Shown piece by piece: positions 10,888-21,806 of a stretch of 64,000 nucleotides of DNA. A program made the position numbers and the translations under genes. The number at the start of each line of letters is the position of its first letter. Positions within the stretch are counted from its first letter, which is position 1. The notes under the pieces were generated by a model. It did no database searches. It was given only the letters and a program-made list of their open reading frames with translations, and was not told where the DNA came from. The stretch is from a virus (Duplodnaviria; Heunggongvirae; Uroviricota; Caudoviricetes), in IMG/VR virus record IMGVR_UViG_2902146782_000003. The stretch is one strand, 5' to 3'.

Positions 10888-11475
10888 TTAATTAAATAGT
10901 CCTGTCATAATACTCATTTCTGTATCAAAGATTTCGTCAAGCACTTTAATTTTTCTTACACTATCAAGTCTACCGTCACTTACCATTTTTGAAGCAAGAT
11001 GTTTAATAGAGTCCTGCGCCCCTTTCGGAAGTGAAAGAATAGTAGCCTTCATATCTCCGGGAGAAAGCTCTGTAATTACATCTTCAAGATCACCTACAGA
11101 ATATAATGTATTATAAATTTTCTTAAGCTGTGGAAACTGTGCAACAAGTTCTTCATCCTCAATAACAAAAAATGGATTCATAACATAACCATTATTTGAT
11201 CTGATTGCTGCCTGCAGATCCTGATATTCAACTTCAATTACATCTCCGGCATCAATCCATGTGTATAAAATATTTGACTTAAGCCCTGGCATATAAAGCC
11301 CACCATTAGTAATAGATTTACATGGAATCCCATCAGTAGGGGCATAAGTTTTCTTTTCTTTTTTTACTTCTACTGCTTTTGCTGATTCAGATGTAACAGG
11401 TTCCGTAACAGATGCTGCAACAGATTCAGTAGCAGTTTCAGTAGTCTTTGTCTTTTTCACTGCAGTAGTTGCCAT
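10888..11475 (-). CDS. Hypothetical capsid-associated protein
   Basis: 195-aa ORF with strong RBS, directly after the major capsid gene. Confidence 0.55.
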   Translation of the reverse strand: MATTAVKKTKTTETATESVAASVTEPVTSESAKAVEVKKEKKTYAPTDGIPCKSITNGGLYMPGLKSNILYTWIDAGDVIEVEYQDLQAAIRSNNGYVMNPFFVIEDEELVAQFPQLKKIYNTLYSVGDLEDVITELSPGDMKATILSLPKGAQDSIKHLASKMVSDGRLDSVRKIKVLDEIFDTEMSIMTGLFN

Positions 11476-11553
11476 GAAAAGTTCCTCCTTTTATTCGTAT
11501 AGTCGTGCATCTACATGACACACGACTATAATATTAATTTACAATAAAAAAAA

Positions 11554-12693
11554 TTAGGCTAAAGTCCAAACGCCAAAATAACGTCCGATTTGTGTTCCTA
11601 CGCCCATTGATCTCTGTACTTCGTATTTCATTGTATCATCCATACGATCACCCTTATCAGTGATTTCATAGATTTCTGTTTCACCAACATCAACGAATTT
11701 AATGAATTTATCTTCAACCTGTGGCATAATAAACAGAGTCTTAGGATCCATTAATTTCTTAGTTGTATCATTCAGAGCAAATCTCTGTGGGATTTCAACT
11801 AATGTATATGGACCATAGTATCCAAGACGTCCCATTGTAGCAACATCTTTCTTCTGATCGTCTGTGATCCAATCAACATCCATCAGTTTCTGGAACTGCT
11901 GTAATCCAGTTCTTGTACCCATAATAACTACCTGAGCACCATCATTTGCAAGAGATACATCCTCAAGCAGTTCATCCAGCTTGTCCTTAGTAGCATTTGA
12001 AAGAGCACCTGTGCCCTGGAACTGAGCTGGAAGTTTCTTTCCTGCGTTCATCATTTCCGCATAAATATCATTCTGAATCTGTCTAACGAAAGCAGCAGCA
12101 CACTGATCTGTGAATTTAGACCAATCAAGTCTTCCTGCCAAATACAGATCAATATCAGCACCAACAGCAATACCGTATACACTTGTGGTTACAGTATAAC
12201 TTTCTCCAGAACCAAGTCTCTGAAGTGTAAAGTCATGATGATCGCCCGCAATTTTTGTTGTAGATAAAACAACTTTATCATCTGTCCAGAATTCCTGGCG
12301 ATCTCCGCGGGAAAGGTTTCTTGTCTCTACATAGTTATTGAAGAATTCTGATTCTTTAAAGCCTGTTTCGACTTTAATATCAATTTCTTCTTCCATAACT
12401 TCGAACAGCTCAATACCATGTTTCTTCATAGCACGATTTCTGTCACGTTTTGTAGAATTCTCGTTTAGTCCCATAATTGCATATACAAATTTACGAACCG
12501 CATCTTCTGCGTCTCGTTTGGTCTTTTTATTTCCATCTTCATCAAACATTTCGTTTGGATTATGATTCAGATCATATGTAAGCTTTTTGAAGCCTTCATA
12601 ATTTTCCTCTGGTGTAACACCATCTTTACACATGCTAGCAAATACTTCCTGAACATGCGCACTTAAATCAGCAAAAGTCATTTTACGTCTCAT
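11554..12693 (-). CDS. Major capsid protein
   Basis: 379 aa, highly expressed-type codon usage, follows portal-protease-decoration genes; gene order as in SPbeta yonB. Confidence 0.75.
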   Translation of the reverse strand: MRRKMTFADLSAHVQEVFASMCKDGVTPEENYEGFKKLTYDLNHNPNEMFDEDGNKKTKRDAEDAVRKFVYAIMGLNENSTKRDRNRAMKKHGIELFEVMEEEIDIKVETGFKESEFFNNYVETRNLSRGDRQEFWTDDKVVLSTTKIAGDHHDFTLQRLGSGESYTVTTSVYGIAVGADIDLYLAGRLDWSKFTDQCAAAFVRQIQNDIYAEMMNAGKKLPAQFQGTGALSNATKDKLDELLEDVSLANDGAQVVIMGTRTGLQQFQKLMDVDWITDDQKKDVATMGRLGYYGPYTLVEIPQRFALNDTTKKLMDPKTLFIMPQVEDKFIKFVDVGETEIYEITDKGDRMDDTMKYEVQRSMGVGTQIGRYFGVWTLA

Positions 12694-12719
12694 TAGATTT
12701 CTTCCTCCTTTCCCTTAAA

Positions 12720-13178
12720 TTAACCAATTTTTAATTTCTTGTTTTCGCAAGTAACTGTCGCTTTTTCAGCTGGCTGTCCATTAAATCCTTCAGCAGATAC
12801 CTCAAATACATCACCTTTATGAAGGGCATAACCTCTTACAACGTCTCCTTTTGCGTTATAAAAGTTAGACTCCTTCTTCCATGTATTTGTCCAATCCTCT
12901 GCAATAAATGCCTGCATGTAAACAAACAGAGCATCTCCTGGATCAACAACCTCTACATACCAATTACCATTAGCAGCCTGTTTCTGAATTTTACCTTCAA
13001 ATGTAGTAACAGCAGCTTCTGTGTAACGGTCAAGATCTTCAAAATCGCCTCTTGCTACAAGATTTCCATTATCTGTATCAGAGGTCAGTGTAATGTTATA
13101 AATGTGTTCTCCACCATTCTGTGCAACAAGCTTAGAAGGGAAGGCCACAGCATGCTTTTCAATACTGTACTTAATCAT
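12720..13178 (-). CDS. Head decoration/cement-like protein
   Basis: 152 aa between scaffold and capsid genes (SPbeta yonC position). Confidence 0.55.
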   Translation of the reverse strand: MIKYSIEKHAVAFPSKLVAQNGGEHIYNITLTSDTDNGNLVARGDFEDLDRYTEAAVTTFEGKIQKQAANGNWYVEVVDPGDALFVYMQAFIAEDWTNTWKKESNFYNAKGDVVRGYALHKGDVFEVSAEGFNGQPAEKATVTCENKKLKIG

Positions 13179-13204
13179 GTTGTTCTCCTTTCATAAATTT
13201 TGGC

Positions 13205-13231
13205 AAAAAAATAAGACCGTATTTACGGTCT
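13205..13231 (-). terminator. Intrinsic terminator/attenuator after the protease gene
   Basis: AGACCGT-AAAT-ACGGTCT followed by TATTTTTTT on the minus strand. Confidence 0.65.
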
Positions 13232-13260
13232 GATTTATAAAACAAATATGTTATTTTGCA

Positions 13261-14820
13261 TTATGCAAATAAAGATCCATATCTATTTTTCTTTTTAGTC
13301 TGAGATGGATTTCCAAAAGTCTTTTTACTTACTGTTTTTTTTCCGGCGTTATCATCATGCATATCACCATCCTCAACAGCAAAATTTAACTTGCCAGACT
13401 TAGCATATGACAGCAATATAGTATCAAGTTTAGACTTTAATTCATCAACTGAAAATTCTGTATGATTTTCTTTTAAACCCTTGAATTCTTCTGATTTATA
13501 AATTCCTTTATAATCATCTGACTCAAAAAGTGCATTTTTAGCTTCGTCAGCCTCTTTCTTTTCATAAGAAGCAAGTTTATCTGAAATTGCAGCATAATTT
13601 GATCTCATATTCTGAAGTTCAGAATATTCAGAATCAGTCAGTAATTCACGATGAAGATTATATCTTTCACCATCAAATGAAACATTGTCGCCATCTTTTT
13701 TATATGCCTGTCCAAAGATTTTATCTCCATCCCAATTCTCATATGTAAAATGAGAATCATATACAGAATTAATAAAATACCAATCATTATCTGCTTCTTC
13801 ATATGCGTTTAATAAGTTATAAAGTGCACAACGAATATCACTGTGAGAAAGTTCAAATGATTTTACGAATTTTTCTGGTTCTGTAGGAGCAGGATCACCT
13901 GCCGGATCAGTATTAAACGCCTTAGCAAAGGCAGCCTCCAGTTCTTCATCTGAAAGACCTTCATATGTAAAAGTAATATCATCTACAGTTTTTTCGTATT
14001 TCTTTAAAAGTTCTTCAAATTTGTTCACCTGATTGTCCTCCTTTCCATTAGCATTTTTTTTATTGAAATTAGAGAGAGTAGCATTGATCTTCTCTAACAT
14101 TTCAAGCATTTTAGTATTTACATCAAAATTAGAATATACAGAATTTTTTGATTCAAAATCAGCAAGCTGGACATTACTTCCAGCCATACCTGGACCAACA
14201 TTTTCATTTAGTAAAGTCAATCCGCTGACATAATAATCATCCAGATTTAACACTTTATCCTTAGCATTAAATGATAATTCTCTAATACTCAATTCAACAC
14301 TACAATCAACCTGTTGTCTACGCTGCATAATATCAATTGCGTCCTGACAATATCCTTCCCAGAGATATCCCTGAATTACAGCTCTGTTAACTCCGGCTTC
14401 TTTATCATATTCAATTGCATAATCCTTTTTGATTACACCAACTGGACGTTCCTGATAAGTGATTTTTTCTTCTCCATTTTCATCAGTTTCCACTGTAAAA
14501 TCATGTGATCCAAAATCTTTATTACCATCAGAATTTTCAACGATATTTGCCAGAATAGGGCGATATGGTATAGATTGTGTATTTTCCTTAAATGTATCTT
14601 CATTGATATTAGATTTGTTTAAGTTAACATGATCATGATATGCGGTAGCATTAAAAGGACATAATCCTTCTGTATGCTTATTATCGTCAAACTTTCCAAA
14701 TGTAGCGATTGCTGGCATTTGGACATTAATTTCTGCATTAGATTCTTTGCTGCTGAATTTAGAAAAATTATTCTTCATACAAAATTCAATCAAATCGTCA
14801 ATAGTTAAGAATTTCTTCAA
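13261..14820 (-). CDS. Prohead protease fused to a scaffold domain
   Basis: N-terminal HK97-protease-like region (H..VNLN, DFGSHD, VDCSVEL, VGPGM) plus acidic coiled C-terminus; TTG start with AAGGAGG. Confidence 0.7.
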   Translation of the reverse strand: MKKFLTIDDLIEFCMKNNFSKFSSKESNAEINVQMPAIATFGKFDDNKHTEGLCPFNATAYHDHVNLNKSNINEDTFKENTQSIPYRPILANIVENSDGNKDFGSHDFTVETDENGEEKITYQERPVGVIKKDYAIEYDKEAGVNRAVIQGYLWEGYCQDAIDIMQRRQQVDCSVELSIRELSFNAKDKVLNLDDYYVSGLTLLNENVGPGMAGSNVQLADFESKNSVYSNFDVNTKMLEMLEKINATLSNFNKKNANGKEDNQVNKFEELLKKYEKTVDDITFTYEGLSDEELEAAFAKAFNTDPAGDPAPTEPEKFVKSFELSHSDIRCALYNLLNAYEEADNDWYFINSVYDSHFTYENWDGDKIFGQAYKKDGDNVSFDGERYNLHRELLTDSEYSELQNMRSNYAAISDKLASYEKKEADEAKNALFESDDYKGIYKSEEFKGLKENHTEFSVDELKSKLDTILLSYAKSGKLNFAVEDGDMHDDNAGKKTVSKKTFGNPSQTKKKNRYGSLFA

Positions 14821-14869
14821 GATTTTCCTCCTTTCTTTGAGTAATTCTCCTCAAATAGAAGAGGAGTAA

Positions 14870-15043
14870 TCAAATAAATAATTTATCTGAATAGACAACA
14901 TCGCTTAAATTGTTAAACAGCATTTTGTTGTCATTTAAAAAAGTCCACTGTTTACCATTCTGGCTTACAAGATGAAAACCAGTCTGAATAAGCAATGAAG
15001 CTGATTCATCGTTTGTTGTAATTATAAATTTCTTATTATCCAT
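14870..15043 (-). CDS. Small hypothetical protein (57 aa)
   Basis: MDNKKFIITT.. with GAGG RBS after the portal stop. Confidence 0.5.
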   Translation of the reverse strand: MDNKKFIITTNDESASLLIQTGFHLVSQNGKQWTFLNDNKMLFNNLSDVVYSDKLFI

Positions 15044-15056
15044 AATTATTATCCTC

Positions 15057-16628
15057 TTATTTAGCCTTATCAGCCTTATCTTTTGATGCTTCTCCATCGT
15101 CTGTGATTTCTGTAGAATCTTTTGTTGGGGCACCACCAGTATCTGAGCTACCACTTTGGGTGTATGAAGTCTGCAATGGAACAAATAAATTCGATATTCC
15201 AAGAACCTGCTGCTCTAATACATTTAATGCAAGAGTTTCTTTTTCAGAAAATTGATTAAGAGTATTGTATGCAAGAGCTGTAGGAAGACCATTTTGCGCC
15301 CCCTCCAAAAGTTCTTTTTTGAATTCATCTTTTGTATAAGCAGAAACTTCAAAGAATTTTACCTTGGCTGGGTTAGAAACCCAATATGTAAGGAAGCGGT
15401 TAACCCATCCCTGAGTCTGTGGTAGAAGCATAGAAATAGCTAATTCTGTATCGGCACGAATTGCTGCTCCAAAGGCTGTTGTACCTGAGATTGTAGCACT
15501 ATTAAGAATTTGAGCGCCACCAGAAGAATTGAAAAGAGTTTCTGTAGCTTTTGCTATTTTGTTCGTATCTGTTGCTTTATCATTATTAAACGAAATCTGA
15601 TCTAATTTTCCTGGCACAATAGCAGCAGAAGTATAGTCAGGAAGGCATTCATTAATCATCCTGTTAAAATACTCAATAACAATATCCGGATTAACTTTCC
15701 AATCGTCTGGATCCTCACTACCAGTTATCGTTTCAAGTTCTAACCAGATCATTTTATAAATATCCTGAGCGTCAGCAATAGCCTGTAGATCGTCTAAATC
15801 AATAAGATTGATAATTCCAGATAACAAACCAGAGAATGGTGGGACTACAGTTTCCCAATCTTCAGCTCTGGCTTTTAAGCAAATAGCATATTCATCTGGC
15901 ATAGGCTGCCACTTTCCATTTGTAGTATCACTTTCATAGGCACGATACATTGACTGGAAAGGTTCACCCCATAATTCCAACATAGTCTGTCTGGATCTGA
16001 AATAACTCATATCCATTGCAAACGCGAAATCACCGGTATTGTATATACCAGAAATTTTACAATAATCTGGATCAAGCGGAAGAATAAACATTCCTATTTC
16101 ATCATAATAAGCGCATCCATAAAAAACATCTTCTCTAAAACAAATAGTATAAGCTTTTAAGAACTCATACTGAAGATTTAACTTATCCAACACATTTAAT
16201 GTGTCCTGATAAGAACTAAGCATGGCATTCGTATCTACGCCTGCAACCATATCATATTCCGGAATAACAGATCTTGCATCTAAACAAAACATGTTTGCAT
16301 TATATGCAATTAATCTATAATAAGCATGACATCGATAATAAAGATATCTTGATAAATTTCTTAAATTCTTTTCATTACTTCCAATATTTTGCAGGTAAGT
16401 ACGAAGACTGTCCTTACTATAAGCTGTCACCGCTTTAGTGCTTGTCTTAGTGATATCACGGAGAGATTTTGCTCCTTCCATAGCAGCAGCATAATTTTCA
16501 ATATTTTTTTTATTTTTTTGATACCAATCACGCATTTCAGCCGTATTATTCAGCTGAGAAGGTGCTGGATCAATTTTTTTTGCAGTAGAAACTTTTTTTG
16601 CAGAAATATTTCCTTGTTGTCTAGCCAA
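15057..16628 (-). CDS. Portal protein
   Basis: ~523 aa directly after TerL; TTG start with AAGGAGGTG. Confidence 0.7.
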   Translation of the reverse strand: MARQQGNISAKKVSTAKKIDPAPSQLNNTAEMRDWYQKNKKNIENYAAAMEGAKSLRDITKTSTKAVTAYSKDSLRTYLQNIGSNEKNLRNLSRYLYYRCHAYYRLIAYNANMFCLDARSVIPEYDMVAGVDTNAMLSSYQDTLNVLDKLNLQYEFLKAYTICFREDVFYGCAYYDEIGMFILPLDPDYCKISGIYNTGDFAFAMDMSYFRSRQTMLELWGEPFQSMYRAYESDTTNGKWQPMPDEYAICLKARAEDWETVVPPFSGLLSGIINLIDLDDLQAIADAQDIYKMIWLELETITGSEDPDDWKVNPDIVIEYFNRMINECLPDYTSAAIVPGKLDQISFNNDKATDTNKIAKATETLFNSSGGAQILNSATISGTTAFGAAIRADTELAISMLLPQTQGWVNRFLTYWVSNPAKVKFFEVSAYTKDEFKKELLEGAQNGLPTALAYNTLNQFSEKETLALNVLEQQVLGISNLFVPLQTSYTQSGSSDTGGAPTKDSTEITDDGEASKDKADKAK

Positions 16629-16664
16629 ATAACAGCACCTCCTTTGAAATATCATATAATTATA

Positions 16665-18719
16665 TTAAGTTTCGAACATAGAACGTACAACGCCTTTTCT
16701 GATCGTAAGTTTTTGAACTAACGATTTGTCAACTTTAGGTTTACGTTTTGCAGTAATGTTTTTCCGGCGTTCAGTTTGAAGAGCATAAGAACACATACAT
16801 GTAACGTAAGCTCTATCGTCATGAAGACGGTTAGCTTTTTCAGGACACAATTCAAATGAATCTTTTCCTGATTGTCGTGGAATACGGATCATATTTACAA
16901 GTTCCTCTTTTAATGCATCGATACTTGAGAGAGAAGCTTCTTCTTGCCAATTTAATTTTTCAATATGGCTCTTAACATTTTGAAGTTTATCTAATTCTTT
17001 TTGAACATTGTAATCAATTTCTTCATCTGTCATTTTCTGTTTTTTATATTTGGCAATTAGATCTTTTTTAGTTTTTTCGTATTTATCCTTATCAATATCA
17101 AATATTGTAAGATATCCTTTGTTATCGTATGTAGCCGTAAACTCAATTTTATCCTGATTCATCATCTCAATCATGGCTTCATACATTTCTGATTTGTATT
17201 TAGTTGGTTCCATTAAATGAAGCTTATTGACTGCATTTGGGAATTTTTTAACATATTCTTCTGAATATTCTTTGTCAATCAGTCCTCTATGAGTTTTACC
17301 GGATTTATCTTTCCAATCTGGCATTAAATAGTCAGCAATATTAACACCACCACCACCAGAACCGGCATCAATATAAACTCCGAGAATATTGCTGTAGTTT
17401 TCATCCCCACCCTGGTTATAATCGAGAATAACTTGTTTCAAATATTCAATCTGGGCTGGTGTTTGCATAGGTTTCTTTTTCTTTTTATTGCTTATATCAA
17501 TAAGATTTATACAATTTAAAAGTCTCATTTTATATTCAAGATCCCCATCTTGATTTTTTTCAGAGTAAATTTCACAAACCAAAATTACTGAATTATCTCG
17601 ACTTCGAGCTGGGTCATATGCAATAACAATTTTTCTTTTACCAGTATCGTTATATAACACTGGTTTACGAATCACTTCATTACGCGCAATAACACCTCTA
17701 CGTATAATTGCATTAGCACCCGCGTCAGATGTAAATTCACAATAATACTCTCTACGCGCTTTTTCTGGATTAGAACGCATTTCTGCTGCCACAGTTCCTG
17801 GTGTCAATAGTGGTTCCATTATTTCACCACGAATAGTTGGTTTAAATGCAACTTCGCAATCAATATGAGCTACAAAATAATCAGGATCTCCCATAAGTTG
17901 TCGTTTGCTAAAATCTCTATATAACTTATAGAATTTTGTATCTGTAGAAGAAGCAGAAGAAATATAAAATAATTGGTTTGGAATATTTGATGGAATACAT
18001 CTTAGACGGTTACGATCGATTGATTTACCATCACGATCTTTACCAGATTTGAAACTTTTATTTACAATCGCAAATGCAGCATATACGGACATCATTTCTT
18101 CATCCAAAAAACCACACTCATCAAAAACTACACTGCCACGCATACCTCTTTTTTTATCTACATTACTATTAAGTGTTTGAGTAAATGAGCCATTATAAAG
18201 GGAATATGAGAATCCATTAGAAGAGTGACTGAAGCCATCTCCAGCAGCATTTTTAATTTCAATTTCTGCCTTAAAAATATAACCTGTAGAACCAAGCATA
18301 GTATCTATATTATCATTTGCAAGCCTTTCGAGCGTCGTAAACGTTTGTTCAGCCTGCGATCCAGAACCGGAAGCAATATATGTCCAATAGTTATTAAATA
18401 GCATATCTTTCGCCATGATCATAATATCTATCAATGTAGATTTACCGAATCCACGGGTACACACTAATAAAACATTCGGACAGTTCCAGGCTCTCTGAAT
18501 TACCCATGCCTGTGCATCAAGTAATTCTATATTAAAAAAATCATTTATAAATCTTACAGGATTGCATTGATAATATTTCTGAAGATTTGCAATTTTCATA
18601 AAACCTTCAAGTTTGCGTGAAGATAATGGGTAAACTCCAGGCTTTACAAAAATCTTATTTCCCTGTTCACAATAATTAAGCTTCGGAAGCTCTTGAATCA
18701 GATCCGGATTCATCATCAT
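16665..18719 (-). CDS. terL: Terminase large subunit
   Basis: Walker A TRGFGKST, Walker B VVFDECG, nuclease motifs AYDPARSRD and HDDRAY. Confidence 0.9.
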   Translation of the reverse strand: MMMNPDLIQELPKLNYCEQGNKIFVKPGVYPLSSRKLEGFMKIANLQKYYQCNPVRFINDFFNIELLDAQAWVIQRAWNCPNVLLVCTRGFGKSTLIDIMIMAKDMLFNNYWTYIASGSGSQAEQTFTTLERLANDNIDTMLGSTGYIFKAEIEIKNAAGDGFSHSSNGFSYSLYNGSFTQTLNSNVDKKRGMRGSVVFDECGFLDEEMMSVYAAFAIVNKSFKSGKDRDGKSIDRNRLRCIPSNIPNQLFYISSASSTDTKFYKLYRDFSKRQLMGDPDYFVAHIDCEVAFKPTIRGEIMEPLLTPGTVAAEMRSNPEKARREYYCEFTSDAGANAIIRRGVIARNEVIRKPVLYNDTGKRKIVIAYDPARSRDNSVILVCEIYSEKNQDGDLEYKMRLLNCINLIDISNKKKKKPMQTPAQIEYLKQVILDYNQGGDENYSNILGVYIDAGSGGGGVNIADYLMPDWKDKSGKTHRGLIDKEYSEEYVKKFPNAVNKLHLMEPTKYKSEMYEAMIEMMNQDKIEFTATYDNKGYLTIFDIDKDKYEKTKKDLIAKYKKQKMTDEEIDYNVQKELDKLQNVKSHIEKLNWQEEASLSSIDALKEELVNMIRIPRQSGKDSFELCPEKANRLHDDRAYVTCMCSYALQTERRKNITAKRKPKVDKSLVQKLTIRKGVVRSMFET

Positions 18720-19992
18720 CGGCCACCTCCGTTTCTTCTTCATCGGAGGAGAAGCAGGAGAATAGTTCATTTAAATCGACTAAATTATCCGGCTCTATTA
18801 AATTATGTTCTTCCATATAATCTTTAAGATCAATATTTTCACGTAATAAAATACGAGAAATTTCTTTGTAATTGTCCAAATCATCACGAAGCTTTGTTAT
18901 CATTTCTCTTTGTTCTGCTAGCATATCAGAATATTCTGATTCATCCAGTCGGAGCTGCTTCAATATAGAAGCATTACTCATATCCATAACCTGACGCATG
19001 CCACGACAAGTTCCAATATCGAATCCGTTTACTTCACCTTCACGCAAATTCATTTCTTTGATTTTACGTATTTTACCAGTCCAAGTATTTTCACCTTTTT
19101 TAGCATTTTTATTATTCTTTAAAGAAATACAACTTTCAGCAGCGAGATCCTTAATAATGGCAGTAAGATCTTTTTTACTCGCCTGTAGTGTTTTTATTGT
19201 AGCGGAATTTGTTCTAAGTTTTTGAACGTCAGACATATAAGTAGCAATAGCATTATCAATTTTCGATTGCTGTAAAAATGCTCTTACAATAGAAATAGCA
19301 GAAGCAGTACGCATCATATCGTCATTTGCGTCTTCACTAGAATCAAGCAACCCAATTAATTGAGAGTATAGAAATGGTTGATCAGACAATGCTTCTTGTT
19401 CAAATGGATCATATCCAATCAACCTGATTACATCAGCTTTATTCTTTTCAAAACCTTCATAATTATCCTGGGACTCCTTGCCTTTTATAACATCTGCAGG
19501 AGTCTTTTCATCTTCATATATAATTTTTTGTTTAAAAAAATCAGAGTCCTTGAATTGTTTTCCAGAATATTGCTGCATTGCAATGGTTCTTATATATGTA
19601 CTCCATGCATTTTGTTTTGCTCCTGGAATACCAGCATTTCTTTCAGCTGCTTGAACACTACTATTATAGACATTTTCTAAAAACGGTTTATTCAAATACT
19701 GTAGAGCAAGAATAATTGACTCTTTTGTCGGTTTATGTTCTTCTCCATTTTCATCTGTTCTTAATGCAATCTTTCTGGCGCATTCAGAACAAATAGCTGC
19801 ATATCCAGACTTTACTAAAGGATCCGTATTTTTATAAAAATTTTCTCTATTTTTCTTTTTAGGTTTTCCGCACATATAACACCATGCGGTATCTTCTTTA
19901 TATACTCGAATTTCTTCTTCGAGTGCCTCTATTTTTTTCTTCATCTGAGTCGGAGTCATTTTTACCGGCTCAATTTTCTTAGTTGTTGCCAT
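18676..19992 (-). CDS. Terminase small subunit-like / YonG-position protein with N-terminal Zn finger
   Basis: Start MATTKK after GGAGG (the track's longer N-terminus overlaps a tRNA); CxxC..CxxC; overlaps the terL start. Confidence 0.5.
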   Translation of the reverse strand: MATTKKIEPVKMTPTQMKKKIEALEEEIRVYKEDTAWCYMCGKPKKKNRENFYKNTDPLVKSGYAAICSECARKIALRTDENGEEHKPTKESIILALQYLNKPFLENVYNSSVQAAERNAGIPGAKQNAWSTYIRTIAMQQYSGKQFKDSDFFKQKIIYEDEKTPADVIKGKESQDNYEGFEKNKADVIRLIGYDPFEQEALSDQPFLYSQLIGLLDSSEDANDDMMRTASAISIVRAFLQQSKIDNAIATYMSDVQKLRTNSATIKTLQASKKDLTAIIKDLAAESCISLKNNKNAKKGENTWTGKIRKIKEMNLREGEVNGFDIGTCRGMRQVMDMSNASILKQLRLDESEYSDMLAEQREMITKLRDDLDNYKEISRILLRENIDLKDYMEEHNLIEPDNLVDLNELFSCFSSDEEETEVADDDESGSDSRASEA

Positions 19993-20026
19993 AAACAACT
20001 CCTCCTTGTACTCATAATAAAAAAAA

Positions 20027-20100
20027 TGGGCGTAGTAGGATTCGAACCTACAAAAACCTGATCCTAAGTCAGGCGCGTCTGCCAGTTGCGCCATACGCCC
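20027..20100 (-). tRNA. tRNA-Leu(TAG), no long variable arm
   Basis: GGGCGTA/TACGCCC acceptor, CCTGA-CTTAGGA-TCAGG anticodon arm, GTAGG-TTCGAAT-CCTAC T arm. Confidence 0.85.
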
Positions 20101-20163
20101 AGAAAATAGGAGAGCAAGAACGCTCTCCTGAAATGTATAATATAAGCAGCAACGCCACTCATA

Positions 20164-20322
20164 CTATTCTTTAATTTCAGTAGCAATACCAGATTTAATT
20201 AAAAATCTCGTTTCTGCATCAAGCACTTTTTCAATAACTTCTTTATCAAATCCAGTATTCTCATGTATAAAATTTAATATTTCGTCGAACTCGACAAACT
20301 GTTCTTCATTATTTGTTTCCAT
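20164..20322 (-). CDS. Small acidic hypothetical protein (52 aa)
   Basis: METNNEEQFVEFDEILNFIHENTGFDKEVIEKVLDAE.. with AAGG RBS. Confidence 0.5.
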   Translation of the reverse strand: METNNEEQFVEFDEILNFIHENTGFDKEVIEKVLDAETRFLIKSGIATEIKE

Positions 20323-20334
20323 AAATATTTTCCT

Positions 20335-21518
20335 TTACAATTTATAATGATGTTCATCTACAAGACCATTTCCCTGTTCAAATACAAACATAGAGGCTCC
20401 TGCATTTGACACCTTATTAATTGAATAGCTATACGGATTTACACCAATAATCGAACGTACAGAAATATATTCTGAATTGATCCCAACATCTCCAGTAGCC
20501 AAACTATGCCAATGGCCTGAAATAATATAATCCAAAGGCACTTGATATGTTTTTGAAAAATCTTTCAAAGAATCGCCTAGATTTTTTGCTTCAAAATGTC
20601 CTCCAAGAATTGTATATGTTGCAAGTTGTGCATATACAAGACCGGTTGGATTTTCTATAATTTCAACATTACGATTATCCTTCAAACGTTCTTTTATAAA
20701 AACCAATATGGATTTACTCATATCTTCATCTGGAAAAGCATTTTTAGGCTGTCCTACTAATCTCAGCTGATTGTGATTCGAACGTTTTACCATTTGAAAT
20801 TTAATTCTAACATGATTACTTAATTCATTAAGCCATGTAGATAAAAAATCAGCATATAATATGGCAGAGTCAATAATTCCATATCTCAACTGCATAAGCT
20901 GAGAATTTGCACGAAGAATTCCATCTAAGGCATCGCCTAGTTCAAAAATATTTAAAACTTGAATATGATCTTTTTGAATTTGCTCAATAACTTTATTGTA
21001 TAAATCCCACATACGATTCTTGAATATTCCCGGACTATATGCATTTAAAATATTTCCATATAAATCTTTAATCTCAAACTCAACTCCAAAATGAGCATCC
21101 GAAATTGTAAGAAGATATTCTTTATTCATATGTACTGGGGGAATGTACCCTGGTACATTTAATGGCTGTAATTGATTAACAGCATTTACAATATGTTCGG
21201 CAATTAGTTCATCCCTAGAATACTCACGAATCCATTTATTAAATTCTTGCTTTTCAGTCTGTAATTTAATACGTTCTTTTTTTAAAGCTATCTCATTAGA
21301 AAATCGTCCTAATTGAATAGAAGAGGATGGGAATAAATCCCATCCTGCATCTATATATCTAAAAGTAATTTAGACCCTTTACGAATTGTATCGCGGTGCT
21401 CTGGCTCTTTACCATGACTAGAACGAAAATCTGCAACATCTTGCCACTCAATAGATGTATCTATTTGTTTTTTCTTAATAAGATCAAGCTGTTCTTTTAG
21501 AAATTCGTTATTATCCAT
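20335..21518 (-). CDS. Calcineurin-like metallophosphoesterase (YonJ position), frameshifted at ~21359
   Basis: Motifs ISDAHFG, LGDALDG, SNHNQ, GGH, SGHWH. An upstream ORF from ATG 21518 joins it with one added base. Confidence 0.75.
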
Positions 21519-21528
21519 ATAAAATACC

Positions 21529-21723
21529 TTAATCTAATTCATCAAGATTGATGATTTCCTCAGTCTTAGTAGTAGTAGACATGTCAAAAAGTTTATCACC
21601 ATATGCCTTTTCAAAGATATCTAAAATATCAATGATTTCACCATCCATATCTACAAGTTGTCCGTCTACCATATGAAGACCTTTGAGTTTACCATCATAT
21701 TTAACAGTTTTTTTTAATTCCAT
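21529..21723 (-). CDS. Small acidic protein (YonK position)
   Basis: 64 aa, AAGGAG RBS; synteny with SPbeta. Confidence 0.5.
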   Translation of the reverse strand: MELKKTVKYDGKLKGLHMVDGQLVDMDGEIIDILDIFEKAYGDKLFDMSTTTKTEEIINLDELD

Positions 21724-21744
21724 ATTATTTTCTCCTTATTCTCC

Positions 21745-21773
21745 TTGACATATTGAACGTATAATAGTAAAAT
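21745..21773 (+). promoter_or_regulatory. Sigma-A-type promoter, antisense to the operon
   Basis: TTGACA-17 nt-TAAAAT. Confidence 0.5.
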
Positions 21774-21806
21774 GATATTTGTGAAAGTTTAAATTAATAT
21801 TCAGTA

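Noticed and set aside
19993-20094. N-terminal extension of the 472-aa ORF (MAQLADAPDLGSG..)
   Set aside because: It is the tRNA-Leu sequence read as protein; the real start with an RBS is at 19992
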